64,000 nt of DNA from Alphaproteobacteria bacterium (GTDB taxonomy: Bacteria > Pseudomonadota > Alphaproteobacteria > CAAHEQ01 > UBA3637). The notes beneath the pieces were generated by a model. It had not been told where the DNA came from and searched no databases. It worked only from the letters and a program-made list of their open reading frames with translations. Of this stretch, positions 19,111-27,467 are shown piece after piece (within the stretch, counting starts at the first letter, position 1; each line of letters begins with the position of its first letter). The DNA is taken from positions 64,001 to 128,000 of the forward strand of contig JAZUQR010000027.1 of NCBI GenBank assembly GCA_045605805.1. The letters are read 5' to 3'. The position numbers and the translations under genes are program-made.

Positions 19111-20769
19111 TTATTTCACCCTAATCACCGAACAAGAATAACCTCTTTTTCCTAATTTACGACACAGAGCATCGGCCATTTCTGCATTATCCAACGAACC
19201 AACACGCAACCGGAAAGTATCGGCCACGCCACCATTTGCCGCTGTATCCACAGAATAATATGGAACATATCCGCCAAGCAAATCAGCATTACTGGCATAA
19301 ATTTGTTCCCATAATTTTTCCAATTCACTAATTTCCGGTGAAGTTCCAAACTCAACCGAAATGGTTTCCTCCGGCACCACAGACAAATCAGAAACATCAT
19401 ATCCCACAGCAGGCACAGAAACAGGCGCACTGCCCCCAAAAACAGGCTCAGTGTTCACCACACCACAAGCTGTCGTTGAACCATTACAATAAGGATTGAT
19501 AGCACCTGCATAAGGATTCAATCCCCCTGTTTCGGTGGCATATCCTAAAGTCATCGCACCCGCATTCTGAGCCGGCACATAAGGATTTTGACCATGCAAT
19601 ACCGAACCACCCTTCACCGTCACTTCTGAATTCGGTACATCAGATGCCTGTACAGGCAATTGATTATGATACGCATAAGGCTGTTCGGCATAACCCGAAT
19701 AGTCGGTATATTCCAAACCGGCAGCCGGATCTCGTCTTAATTTAATACAAATCACCTTTTGTCCATTGCGCAATACCAAATCACCAATAGCTTCCACAAC
19801 AATCAATCGGCTGTTTGCGCCCCGAGTTCTAAACCCAACAGGAACTTCTGTTCCTTGAACAAGCAGGCTGACCACAGGCCGTTGTGTCATAGTTAAAGCC
19901 TTTGGCCCCAAATCAATATAAGTAAAGATATTATCCCGCCACACATTGTCCGGAGCAATATCCACATCATCCGGATTCGGCAAGAACATATCCAAATCAA
20001 ACTTTAATTGTTCAGGATCCATCGGAACCGTATTCCCCCATTCGCTTGCCTTATTTTGCGCAACCGAGTTGGCCTTTGTACTGACCGCAGTAGCCACACC
20101 AGAATGATTGATAGGCATAGAAGCCATTGTGGAAACCAACGATTCATTTTGCAACTGCCCCCCATTTGCAACGGGCGTCCATCTTGATCCCACTAACACA
20201 TCCACAACCGTTTGTGTAATTTTATCCGTATTAAAAGTTTCACTTCTTAAATAAAAAGCATAGCGATTACCGGAATGCCCAAACACAATCATATTACCAT
20301 CCACACCCAAAGAAGAAGGATCGGCATAAATCATCACAGAATTGGCCGACACAACCTCTCCATTAAAAGCATCAGGTGAACCAATATGCACTTTTTCAAT
20401 CAATTCCCACGAAGGCAAATTGATTAAAGTCATCATACCCTCCCGCACACGAATCGGCAAAACCGTATCTGGCGTCCAATTATACTTTGAATACCCTGGT
20501 TTAGATTGACCTGCCCCCATATGTGCCAAAGGATTATTCCACGCCTTTTGTTGCATCCCCAAAGCATGAATATAATCCAAATTCACATCATTATATTCAC
20601 CACTGGAAGCAGCAATAGCATCAGCAATTTGTTCTGATTGAGTATCTGTCGGCAAATGTACCTCAGCTTTAACAGAATTTGAAATCAGGCCCAAAATCCC
20701 TGTCAAAACTGGCAAAACTCCCCTAAAAAATACATTTTTATTCACCGGTTCCTCCTTATATCTAGACAT
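19111..20769 (-). CDS. virB9: VirB9/TrbG outer-membrane core protein fused to a C-terminal SPOR domain
   Basis: Signal peptide; IRVREGMMTLINLP, GNMIVF..GNRYAFYLRS, APDNVWRDNIFTYID, LVLRNGQKVICI; C-terminal FRLRVGSL..A.ALCRKL..RGYSC. Confidence 0.85.
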   Translation of the reverse strand: MSRYKEEPVNKNVFFRGVLPVLTGILGLISNSVKAEVHLPTDTQSEQIADAIAASSGEYNDVNLDYIHALGMQQKAWNNPLAHMGAGQSKPGYSKYNWTPDTVLPIRVREGMMTLINLPSWELIEKVHIGSPDAFNGEVVSANSVMIYADPSSLGVDGNMIVFGHSGNRYAFYLRSETFNTDKITQTVVDVLVGSRWTPVANGGQLQNESLVSTMASMPINHSGVATAVSTKANSVAQNKASEWGNTVPMDPEQLKFDLDMFLPNPDDVDIAPDNVWRDNIFTYIDLGPKALTMTQRPVVSLLVQGTEVPVGFRTRGANSRLIVVEAIGDLVLRNGQKVICIKLRRDPAAGLEYTDYSGYAEQPYAYHNQLPVQASDVPNSEVTVKGGSVLHGQNPYVPAQNAGAMTLGYATETGGLNPYAGAINPYCNGSTTACGVVNTEPVFGGSAPVSVPAVGYDVSDLSVVPEETISVEFGTSPEISELEKLWEQIYASNADLLGGYVPYYSVDTAANGGVADTFRLRVGSLDNAEMADALCRKLGKRGYSCSVIRVK

Positions 20770-20821
20770 GCCTTTTTTTCAGCTTATCTAAAAATGAAAT
20801 GAAAGTCCAGCAAAAAAACAA

Positions 20822-21526
20822 TTATTTATCTTTTTTTTCCAGAGAAAATCTATCCACTACAAAACCAAGCGGATTTTTTAAGCGATCAGCCCATGTCAAA
20901 TTTTTACGAGTTGGACGAAAAGAAGTTTCCAAGGTAGCAACCACTTCAAGCTCTTTGGGTTCAGCAGATGTCCGATCTGTATCAGTGAACTTTAATACAG
21001 CCGTCCATCGATCCGAACCATTTCTTCCCCCAGTGTGGGTTCTGCCCAAACTTGAAATCCGAACATTTCGGATAAAGTTGTCTTCAAAGGCCAAAGTCTG
21101 CCCCGGTTTAGATTCCTTTTCCACAAAATCATCATATACAGATTGAGAACTCATCCAAAAAACAACACCGGTAGACCCCCACCGTTCCTCCAACTCTTTC
21201 AAATCAGAACCAATACCGTAACGAGCCAACAGATATTGCCGCACCAACGATTCACTCAAATCCTTGGAATCCAATGTTTCTGCATCAGGGCGTTTAATGG
21301 CAATAATTTGCTGATCTTTATTCTGAACTTCCAAATAAAAAGGTTGCACACGCAACACAGGCGTCACATTAGCCAAAGCAATCAACAGAATAAGGTCACA
21401 CACAAGGGCCAAAACCATCATCACAACAAACGCCCGAGCCATCCACAAATAACGTTCTTCCTGCAACATGGCATGTGGTTCACGAACAGCTCTTTCTTCT
21501 GATTGAATAGGTGTATTTTCGGACAT
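20822..21526 (-). CDS. virB8: VirB8-family protein (second copy, B8b-like)
   Basis: Single N-terminal TM, VQPFYL, LVRQYLLARY, C-terminal KNPLGFVV. Confidence 0.85.
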   Translation of the reverse strand: MSENTPIQSEERAVREPHAMLQEERYLWMARAFVVMMVLALVCDLILLIALANVTPVLRVQPFYLEVQNKDQQIIAIKRPDAETLDSKDLSESLVRQYLLARYGIGSDLKELEERWGSTGVVFWMSSQSVYDDFVEKESKPGQTLAFEDNFIRNVRISSLGRTHTGGRNGSDRWTAVLKFTDTDRTSAEPKELEVVATLETSFRPTRKNLTWADRLKNPLGFVVDRFSLEKKDK

Positions 21527-21540
21527 AAAAACCCCTTATT

Positions 21541-21717
21541 TTACGAAAAATATCCCACTCCTTCAGGGGCTTTTTTCAATTCCAAACAAGCACAAGGTGA
21601 TTTTTTCAATTCAGAATACTCCATTCCAATGCCCACAGGGGCCTTTTCATAAACCGAACCACAAGCAGCCAAAACAACACCCACCAAGGCAATAACCACA
21701 TAAAAAATCTTACTCAT
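21541..21717 (-). CDS. virB7: VirB7-like small lipoprotein (58 aa)
   Basis: SD AGGAGG, lipobox LAAC, KKSPCAC motif, located between two virB8 genes. Confidence 0.7.
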   Translation of the reverse strand: MSKIFYVVIALVGVVLAACGSVYEKAPVGIGMEYSELKKSPCACLELKKAPEGVGYFS

Positions 21718-21784
21718 AAAACTTCCTCCTTTTGCCAAACATATAACTAATTTAACACAAACAAAAAAAATATCAACAAAAAAA

Positions 21785-22402
21785 TCACTTGCGTTCAGAT
21801 TCATCTACCCGAATAACCACAAAACCGTTTGGATTTGCAAAACGCTTTGCCAGCACAGCCCGAGACGGCCAATAATTAAACTCAACAACAAGTCGTTTTT
21901 GTTTTTTTTGCCACTGTAAAAAATTATCAAAGGTATATAAATCATAATCAACAGAATAATATCCAGATTCTCTTGTAACCGATAAAATATCTATGGTTTG
22001 GGGCGGCATATTGGCTATTTTTTCAAAAGAAGGATATTCTTTCAAAAAGGCCTGATAGCTGGCAGGCGAAGAAAGATAAGATAAAAGTCCATAAGCCCCC
22101 CACCTTCGTTCCATTTCTGCCACATCTGGGATACGAGTATAACGCAAGTCTAAATAATAACGCAATAACATTTCATCCGTTTGTGTGCGATTCACACCTT
22201 CCAGCGGATATATTTGCGCTAAATCCTCGTTAAAAACATTAAAAACACGATCCTTATCTTGAAAGACCTGCGCCACAACCTGTATTTGCAAAACGGCCTG
22301 AAAAACGGTCACAGTAAGGAAAAAAGTAAAAATCCACAAAACCCAACATACAAGCATAAACAAACGAGTTCTGTACCACGGACTTTGTTCCTTAAAGGAC
22401 AT
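21785..22402 (-). CDS. virB8: VirB8-family protein (first copy, B8a-like, more divergent)
   Basis: N-terminal TM, LLRYYLDLRY, ERRWG shared with the other copy, C-terminal ANPNGFVV. Confidence 0.75.
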   Translation of the reverse strand: MSFKEQSPWYRTRLFMLVCWVLWIFTFFLTVTVFQAVLQIQVVAQVFQDKDRVFNVFNEDLAQIYPLEGVNRTQTDEMLLRYYLDLRYTRIPDVAEMERRWGAYGLLSYLSSPASYQAFLKEYPSFEKIANMPPQTIDILSVTRESGYYSVDYDLYTFDNFLQWQKKQKRLVVEFNYWPSRAVLAKRFANPNGFVVIRVDESERK

Positions 22403-22413
22403 AGCAATTCTCC

Positions 22414-23580
22414 CTACAAAGGCTTGCAAAAATCAAAATTACCTTGAAGGCTTTGTGCCTGTTGTACACTTTGATTGACCATTTTTTCCGACTCTGTTTG
22501 CAGGGCAGAAATCATCTTGCGATGCGAAGTATTTTCAGCCATTTTCTGTTCTACCTCAAAAGCATTGGTTTCGGTCAAGAAAACAATACCGTTTTCATCT
22601 TTTTCCATCGCATCAATCAACACTTGTTGTCGTGCCTGTGGCGAATACTGGTCAAAACGCTGCATTTCGGCAAAAGCCTCAGGGAATTGAGATTCAACTG
22701 CTGACAACACCTGTTGTTTGGTTTTGGAACGGGTATTGCGACGAGCCGCAGCCTTTGGATACTTTTGATCTTGCAAATTTAATTTTTCAACATACGCCTT
22801 TGCCTCTTCCAAATAGACAGATTTTAGGCTCTGTAAAGATTTGCGCACTTGACGCACCTCTGACACCTTTTTGGGATCAAACGCAGGCATCTGAATACCC
22901 ACCTTGGATAATTTAGCCACAAAATCAGAAATCATTTTTTTATAAGTTTTTTCAAAATCTGATTGCGCTATCCCCATATTGTGTTTTGAATCATCTGCCA
23001 GAACAAGTTCTTCCAAACCAAAACCAACGAGATTTTCTTTAAGATCTTCCGGTACCTTCCGCTTTTTCTTATCAACAGGTTCCGCCCCCCATTTTTTGTT
23101 ATTTTCAAGGGTGTCTGTAATCAAAGCAACCTCAATATTCTTTTTGCGTTCCAACAAAGATTGGCGATCCAATGCAGAAGCGGGAAAAATGCTGTCAGGC
23201 GCATAAACCCTGTTGGATTGCATATTTTTGGTCTGTTCTTTATAAGCCGCACTAACCTTTTTCAAAACCTCTGATGCATTCTTAAACCGACCAAAGCGTT
23301 TTTCATTACATTCAAAAATCTCATCAAAATAGCTTTGAGCCTCTTTAACATTTTTCAACAGCTGATCATGTTGTTCGGCAAGCGTTTGCAAATCCGGCAA
23401 TTGAGTCATCAAATTATGCACATCCAAAGCCTTGTATAACGAGTCATTATGCTCAGGCAGAACCTTGGTTAAAGTCCGTGTTTCAATTTTAATCACAGGA
23501 GGAGCCCCAAAGCGAAGTGCCTCAGCACTGGTGCTAATCAAAACAAAAGAACAAACACAAATCAATAAAGTCTTTTTCAT
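22414..23580 (-). CDS. Secreted/periplasmic coiled-coil hypothetical protein in the T4SS cluster
   Basis: Signal peptide (SAEA), K/E/Q-rich helical sequence, tight spacing to neighbours. Confidence 0.7.
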   Translation of the reverse strand: MKKTLLICVCSFVLISTSAEALRFGAPPVIKIETRTLTKVLPEHNDSLYKALDVHNLMTQLPDLQTLAEQHDQLLKNVKEAQSYFDEIFECNEKRFGRFKNASEVLKKVSAAYKEQTKNMQSNRVYAPDSIFPASALDRQSLLERKKNIEVALITDTLENNKKWGAEPVDKKKRKVPEDLKENLVGFGLEELVLADDSKHNMGIAQSDFEKTYKKMISDFVAKLSKVGIQMPAFDPKKVSEVRQVRKSLQSLKSVYLEEAKAYVEKLNLQDQKYPKAAARRNTRSKTKQQVLSAVESQFPEAFAEMQRFDQYSPQARQQVLIDAMEKDENGIVFLTETNAFEVEQKMAENTSHRKMISALQTESEKMVNQSVQQAQSLQGNFDFCKPL

Positions 23581-23583
23581 TTT

Positions 23584-24642
23584 TTATTGCCCTCCTCCTG
23601 CAGAAAATTCAGGTCTGTTATCATTTCCAACAATTTCAAGTTCTTTTTTCAATGGCTTGAAATCAAGTTCCAAAGTTTCGGCCCGCACTTTTGTTCTGAC
23701 GGCTAAAACATTCATTTTCAAAAGCATTAAAGAATCATATAAAGCCCGTCTGGTTGCCAAAGTGTTCAACGCTTGGTTTTTGGAATTATATTGTGCCTGT
23801 ATCTTGGCATCCATCTCTGCCAAAGAAGATAACTGACGTTTCAATTCCATTGCCGAAGCCATAGCCTTAATACTGCGCTGTTGCGCCCGATAACGAATTG
23901 CCCGTTGTTCTTTGGCCACATTTTGTAAAGAACGTTGATCTTCCAAAAGTTCATTTCTGCGATATTCCATCAATTCACGAGGCGAAGCAGACGAAGCATC
24001 CTGCAAGTTTTGATACATATCTTTATCAAAAGACACTGCCTGCAAACGAGTTGGATCAATACCCAATTTATCCATAATCGCCACAATCAAATTTCTATCA
24101 GCCGGCCCAATCCATTTATCAGTCACATGGCCTTGAACCCCCGCAAAATCGGCCGTGATTTTGGTTGAATCACGCATAAACTGGTTCACCGCCGCATGTC
24201 CCAATTGAGAAACGCCAGATAACCCATCCAAAGTAATGCCCAACCCAACCCACGCAGATTCAGCATGAATAGGTGCTTGCGCTGTAGTTGTAAGGGTCTG
24301 ACTCATTTTCCAAGAAGGAAGATACTGTTTCAGCTGTTGAATCGGCCAGCCCACTGCCATACCAGTTAATGGTGTAGACAGTGCCATATCCACCATAGCC
24401 GCTGAATCACCAGCATCGCTAGAATAATCTGCACCACCAGCCGTATGTTCCACTGGAGTGGCTTCAGGATTTGATTCAGGTAAATCCTTTGAAGTATCAA
24501 AGGCCTGCGCTCGTGAAGTATCCGCTAGTGATTCTCTAGTTTCTCTACCCACTAGGAATTCTGTAATTCCAGCAGTCACCGGCATCACCAAAACACCGTT
24601 TAGCAAAGAAATCGCACAAACACCTAATAATAATTTTTTCAT
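23584..24642 (-). CDS. Secreted hypothetical protein, T4SS-associated paralog array member 5
   Basis: Signal peptide MKKLLLGVC..VTA; helical C-terminus; 4-nt overlap with the upstream gene. Confidence 0.7.
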   Translation of the reverse strand: MKKLLLGVCAISLLNGVLVMPVTAGITEFLVGRETRESLADTSRAQAFDTSKDLPESNPEATPVEHTAGGADYSSDAGDSAAMVDMALSTPLTGMAVGWPIQQLKQYLPSWKMSQTLTTTAQAPIHAESAWVGLGITLDGLSGVSQLGHAAVNQFMRDSTKITADFAGVQGHVTDKWIGPADRNLIVAIMDKLGIDPTRLQAVSFDKDMYQNLQDASSASPRELMEYRRNELLEDQRSLQNVAKEQRAIRYRAQQRSIKAMASAMELKRQLSSLAEMDAKIQAQYNSKNQALNTLATRRALYDSLMLLKMNVLAVRTKVRAETLELDFKPLKKELEIVGNDNRPEFSAGGGQ

Positions 24643-25487
24643 GCACCTTCTCCTTCTTCATCATCGGCCACATCACCTGCACCTGCCTCACCTGCACCGG
24701 CATTATCGGCCTCATCTGTTGCCGCCACATCTTCTTCTGTCATCAACAAAATGGGTTGAACACTTAAAAACTTGGCCGCATCCAGTTCCATCAATTGTAT
24801 CTGCATCACAATATCCGCCATCAAGGCCCGATTGATTGCCTTCCATGTCTGGTCCGTTCCGGAAGTCGCCCCAATAGAGCCATCCCCGTTGATATCAGAA
24901 GAAACCACATTCATATCCTCAATCAACTTTTCTTGAACGGTATAAGCCGTTTTAACATATTCCTTGGCAATTTTGGTTAAATATTTTTCTCGTTCTTTAC
25001 GAATAGCCTCCTGTTTTTCTTCTGTGGCATCGGCATTATTTTCCAAAAAGAACATCTCCTTCACAACTTGCTCCATATCGGCCGAATCAGTCAGTTTTTT
25101 ATTCAAAGGCGAATAAGGCGTTTTAATTTTATCGGTTAAATAGGTATTATGTAAATAGGTATAAGTATCCAAGGGCATAGTGCCGGAATCTGGTTTGCCT
25201 GTCCCTGGTTCAGACACATACGAAGTGGTACCATCCACCAAAGCCCCAACATCGGCCTGTGTCACATTTAACCTCGCCCCCATTTCGGGCTCTTCCCCCA
25301 AGGCCAGCAAATTTAGAAGAGCCGATCCCGTGTTACGCACAGAGTCAGTAATTGATACAGGATCTGATACTTTGTCAGGCACCACCTTCATCGTCTTAGG
25401 AGGAAGGTCCGCCCCCCACACATCCGAAACATATACGGAAGATAAACATCCCAAAGCAATCAAAAAACGAAACATAAAACTTTTCAT
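24639..25487 (-). CDS. Secreted hypothetical protein, array member 4, with acidic tail
   Basis: Signal peptide; ATEEKQEAIRKEREKYL...MELDAAKFL; 4-nt overlaps at both ends. Confidence 0.7.
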   Translation of the reverse strand: MKSFMFRFLIALGCLSSVYVSDVWGADLPPKTMKVVPDKVSDPVSITDSVRNTGSALLNLLALGEEPEMGARLNVTQADVGALVDGTTSYVSEPGTGKPDSGTMPLDTYTYLHNTYLTDKIKTPYSPLNKKLTDSADMEQVVKEMFFLENNADATEEKQEAIRKEREKYLTKIAKEYVKTAYTVQEKLIEDMNVVSSDINGDGSIGATSGTDQTWKAINRALMADIVMQIQLMELDAAKFLSVQPILLMTEEDVAATDEADNAGAGEAGAGDVADDEEGEGA

Positions 25488-26344
25488 TCTGTATCCTCCT
25501 TCAATTCAGAAACATCCACACGATCAATACCGCTGAAAATGATATTTCGATACGATTGCGCCCGTAAATCATCGGCATATAAAAATAACATATCCACCGC
25601 AGCCGAAGAAGCATAAACCGATAAATCGCCCAAACCGGCTCCAACGAATTCCGCCAAAGTCTCTTTGGCAGCCACACTGTTCACCAATTTTTCCAAATTA
25701 TCATAATTGGCATCCACATCCTGTAAATAAGAATCCGCCATACTGGATGCGGCCGTGGATGAAGCCACCAAAACCTCGTTTTGCCGTGCCTGAGCACATT
25801 CAGAAGGTTCACACTCTTCACCGGTTCCCACCGAACAGACGCAATCTTGGTTCACAGCCAAATCATCCGATACAAACATATACGAAGCCACATTCTCACG
25901 CACCCGATCAAAAGTATCGCCTTTTTTACCCATTTTATCCTTGGCATCTTCCCCCAAAACCAAAGTACCATCTTCTTCACTTTGTGTAATAATGGCAATT
26001 GTGCTGTCTGGGATAGACATAGCCAATTCTTCTGCCTTCATAATTTCTTCTTGTGCAGATTCGGGCGTTTTGGTATCACATCCTGAATTGCCGGTTGCCG
26101 ACACGCCACAATGGCCTTGCTCACGATACATCCCAATGTTTGTTTGCAACTTTTCTAACCCATTTGTCACATCATAATGAATTGTTTCCTGCTTACGATT
26201 CCATTCCCGTGCCATATAACCAAACGTCGTTTCCATAGCAGTCTGATAAAGACAACCAATAGATGGACACCAACTGGCTGCATAACAAGGGGCAGCACCA
26301 AGCAACCCTATACATCCCACCGAAACAAATAAAAGTTTTCTCAT
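25484..26344 (-). CDS. Secreted Cys-containing hypothetical protein, array member 3
   Basis: SD plus ATG 26344, signal peptide ending CYA, several Cys pairs, helical C-terminus. Confidence 0.7.
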   Translation of the reverse strand: MRKLLFVSVGCIGLLGAAPCYAASWCPSIGCLYQTAMETTFGYMAREWNRKQETIHYDVTNGLEKLQTNIGMYREQGHCGVSATGNSGCDTKTPESAQEEIMKAEELAMSIPDSTIAIITQSEEDGTLVLGEDAKDKMGKKGDTFDRVRENVASYMFVSDDLAVNQDCVCSVGTGEECEPSECAQARQNEVLVASSTAASSMADSYLQDVDANYDNLEKLVNSVAAKETLAEFVGAGLGDLSVYASSAAVDMLFLYADDLRAQSYRNIIFSGIDRVDVSELKEDTE

Positions 26345-26360
26345 AATCGTTCCCCCTTTG

Positions 26361-27467
26361 TTATTCAACCATCTGCAACGCACTGGCCGCTTCATTGGCC
26401 ACCTGTTGACCTTGCACCATATTCAACAAGTTCAATCGTTGAGCCAAAGTTAAATCCAAGCTCACCAAAACTTTTGTGTTGGCCACAACACTGCCCCCGC
26501 CCGATCCGATATAAGTAGAAAGGCGGTCAAATTGTGCTTTTTCCGAAGCCGCAAGACTGGAAGCCAAATCAGCCCGAGCCACACCAGCCGTCCCCACCAT
26601 TTGAATGTGTGCTTTTCGTCTGAAATCAGCCTTGCGCTTTTCCTCCTCAGTCATTTGATCAGAAGGGTCACTGCTGTTGAAGGAACCACCAAAAACCGAG
26701 TAATCTGAAAAAGCGGATTGCATAGAAGACCCAAAGTCTGTGATATAACCACTCCAAACAACAGAAGAATTAGATGTTTTATTGGTATCCGTGGTTATCT
26801 CTTGTAATTCGGCAGTTTTTGTGCCAAAACCCGCCTGAATCACCGGATTAGCCCCAATCAACTCTTCGGCTTGTGTTAAAGGGCTTTCGGCCACATCTTC
26901 CAAAGCCTCTAAGCCCACATTTTTCAAAGTGGAAACATGCACTTCGGTTTCATCCAAAGTTGCACTGACCATATTACAGAAAAAACCGCCTGTACCACCC
27001 GATTCTTTAATTTTTTCACATTCGGATTCAATACTGCCCAAACTACCAATATGACGAATCTGAGACTGTAATTCCGGAATATCTTTACTCCATTGGGCCT
27101 CTTTCGTGCGGGCATCATTTAATTGCACAATATCCAAAGATGCCCCCGCCACATCCCAATTCAATCCAAAAGTATCTGAACCAGTAAATACATAAGGAGT
27201 AGGCTCTCCTTCAGGAGTCACAACAACTCCAGGCTTCGATATAGAAAAGTGTGCCTGCACGAAAGAAGTCACACCAGTAATGAAACCCCAGGCCGCCAAT
27301 CCTTGACTTAATGCCTTTTGTGCTTTGGCCGTACCAGAAGAAACTTGGTTGGTTGCCAAACCACCTTGTTGCCACACCTCACCTTCTTCGGCCACGGCCA
27401 CCATCACACCGCCCGACACGCCACACAACAGCAATGCTGACATCAAAAGTTTTTTACTGAATTTCAT
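26361..27467 (-). CDS. Secreted hypothetical protein, array member 2
   Basis: SD GGAGG plus ATG 27467, signal peptide ending AVA; MTEEEKRKADFRRKAHI...ANEAASAL. Confidence 0.7.
   Translation of the reverse strand: MKFSKKLLMSALLLCGVSGGVMVAVAEEGEVWQQGGLATNQVSSGTAKAQKALSQGLAAWGFITGVTSFVQAHFSISKPGVVVTPEGEPTPYVFTGSDTFGLNWDVAGASLDIVQLNDARTKEAQWSKDIPELQSQIRHIGSLGSIESECEKIKESGGTGGFFCNMVSATLDETEVHVSTLKNVGLEALEDVAESPLTQAEELIGANPVIQAGFGTKTAELQEITTDTNKTSNSSVVWSGYITDFGSSMQSAFSDYSVFGGSFNSSDPSDQMTEEEKRKADFRRKAHIQMVGTAGVARADLASSLAASEKAQFDRLSTYIGSGGGSVVANTKVLVSLDLTLAQRLNLLNMVQGQQVANEAASALQMVE

Noticed and set aside
11645-22402. ICE or conjugative plasmid transfer region
   Set aside because: No relaxase, coupling protein, integrase or att boundary is adjacent; codon style of the core genes matches the host and the flanks are core genes.
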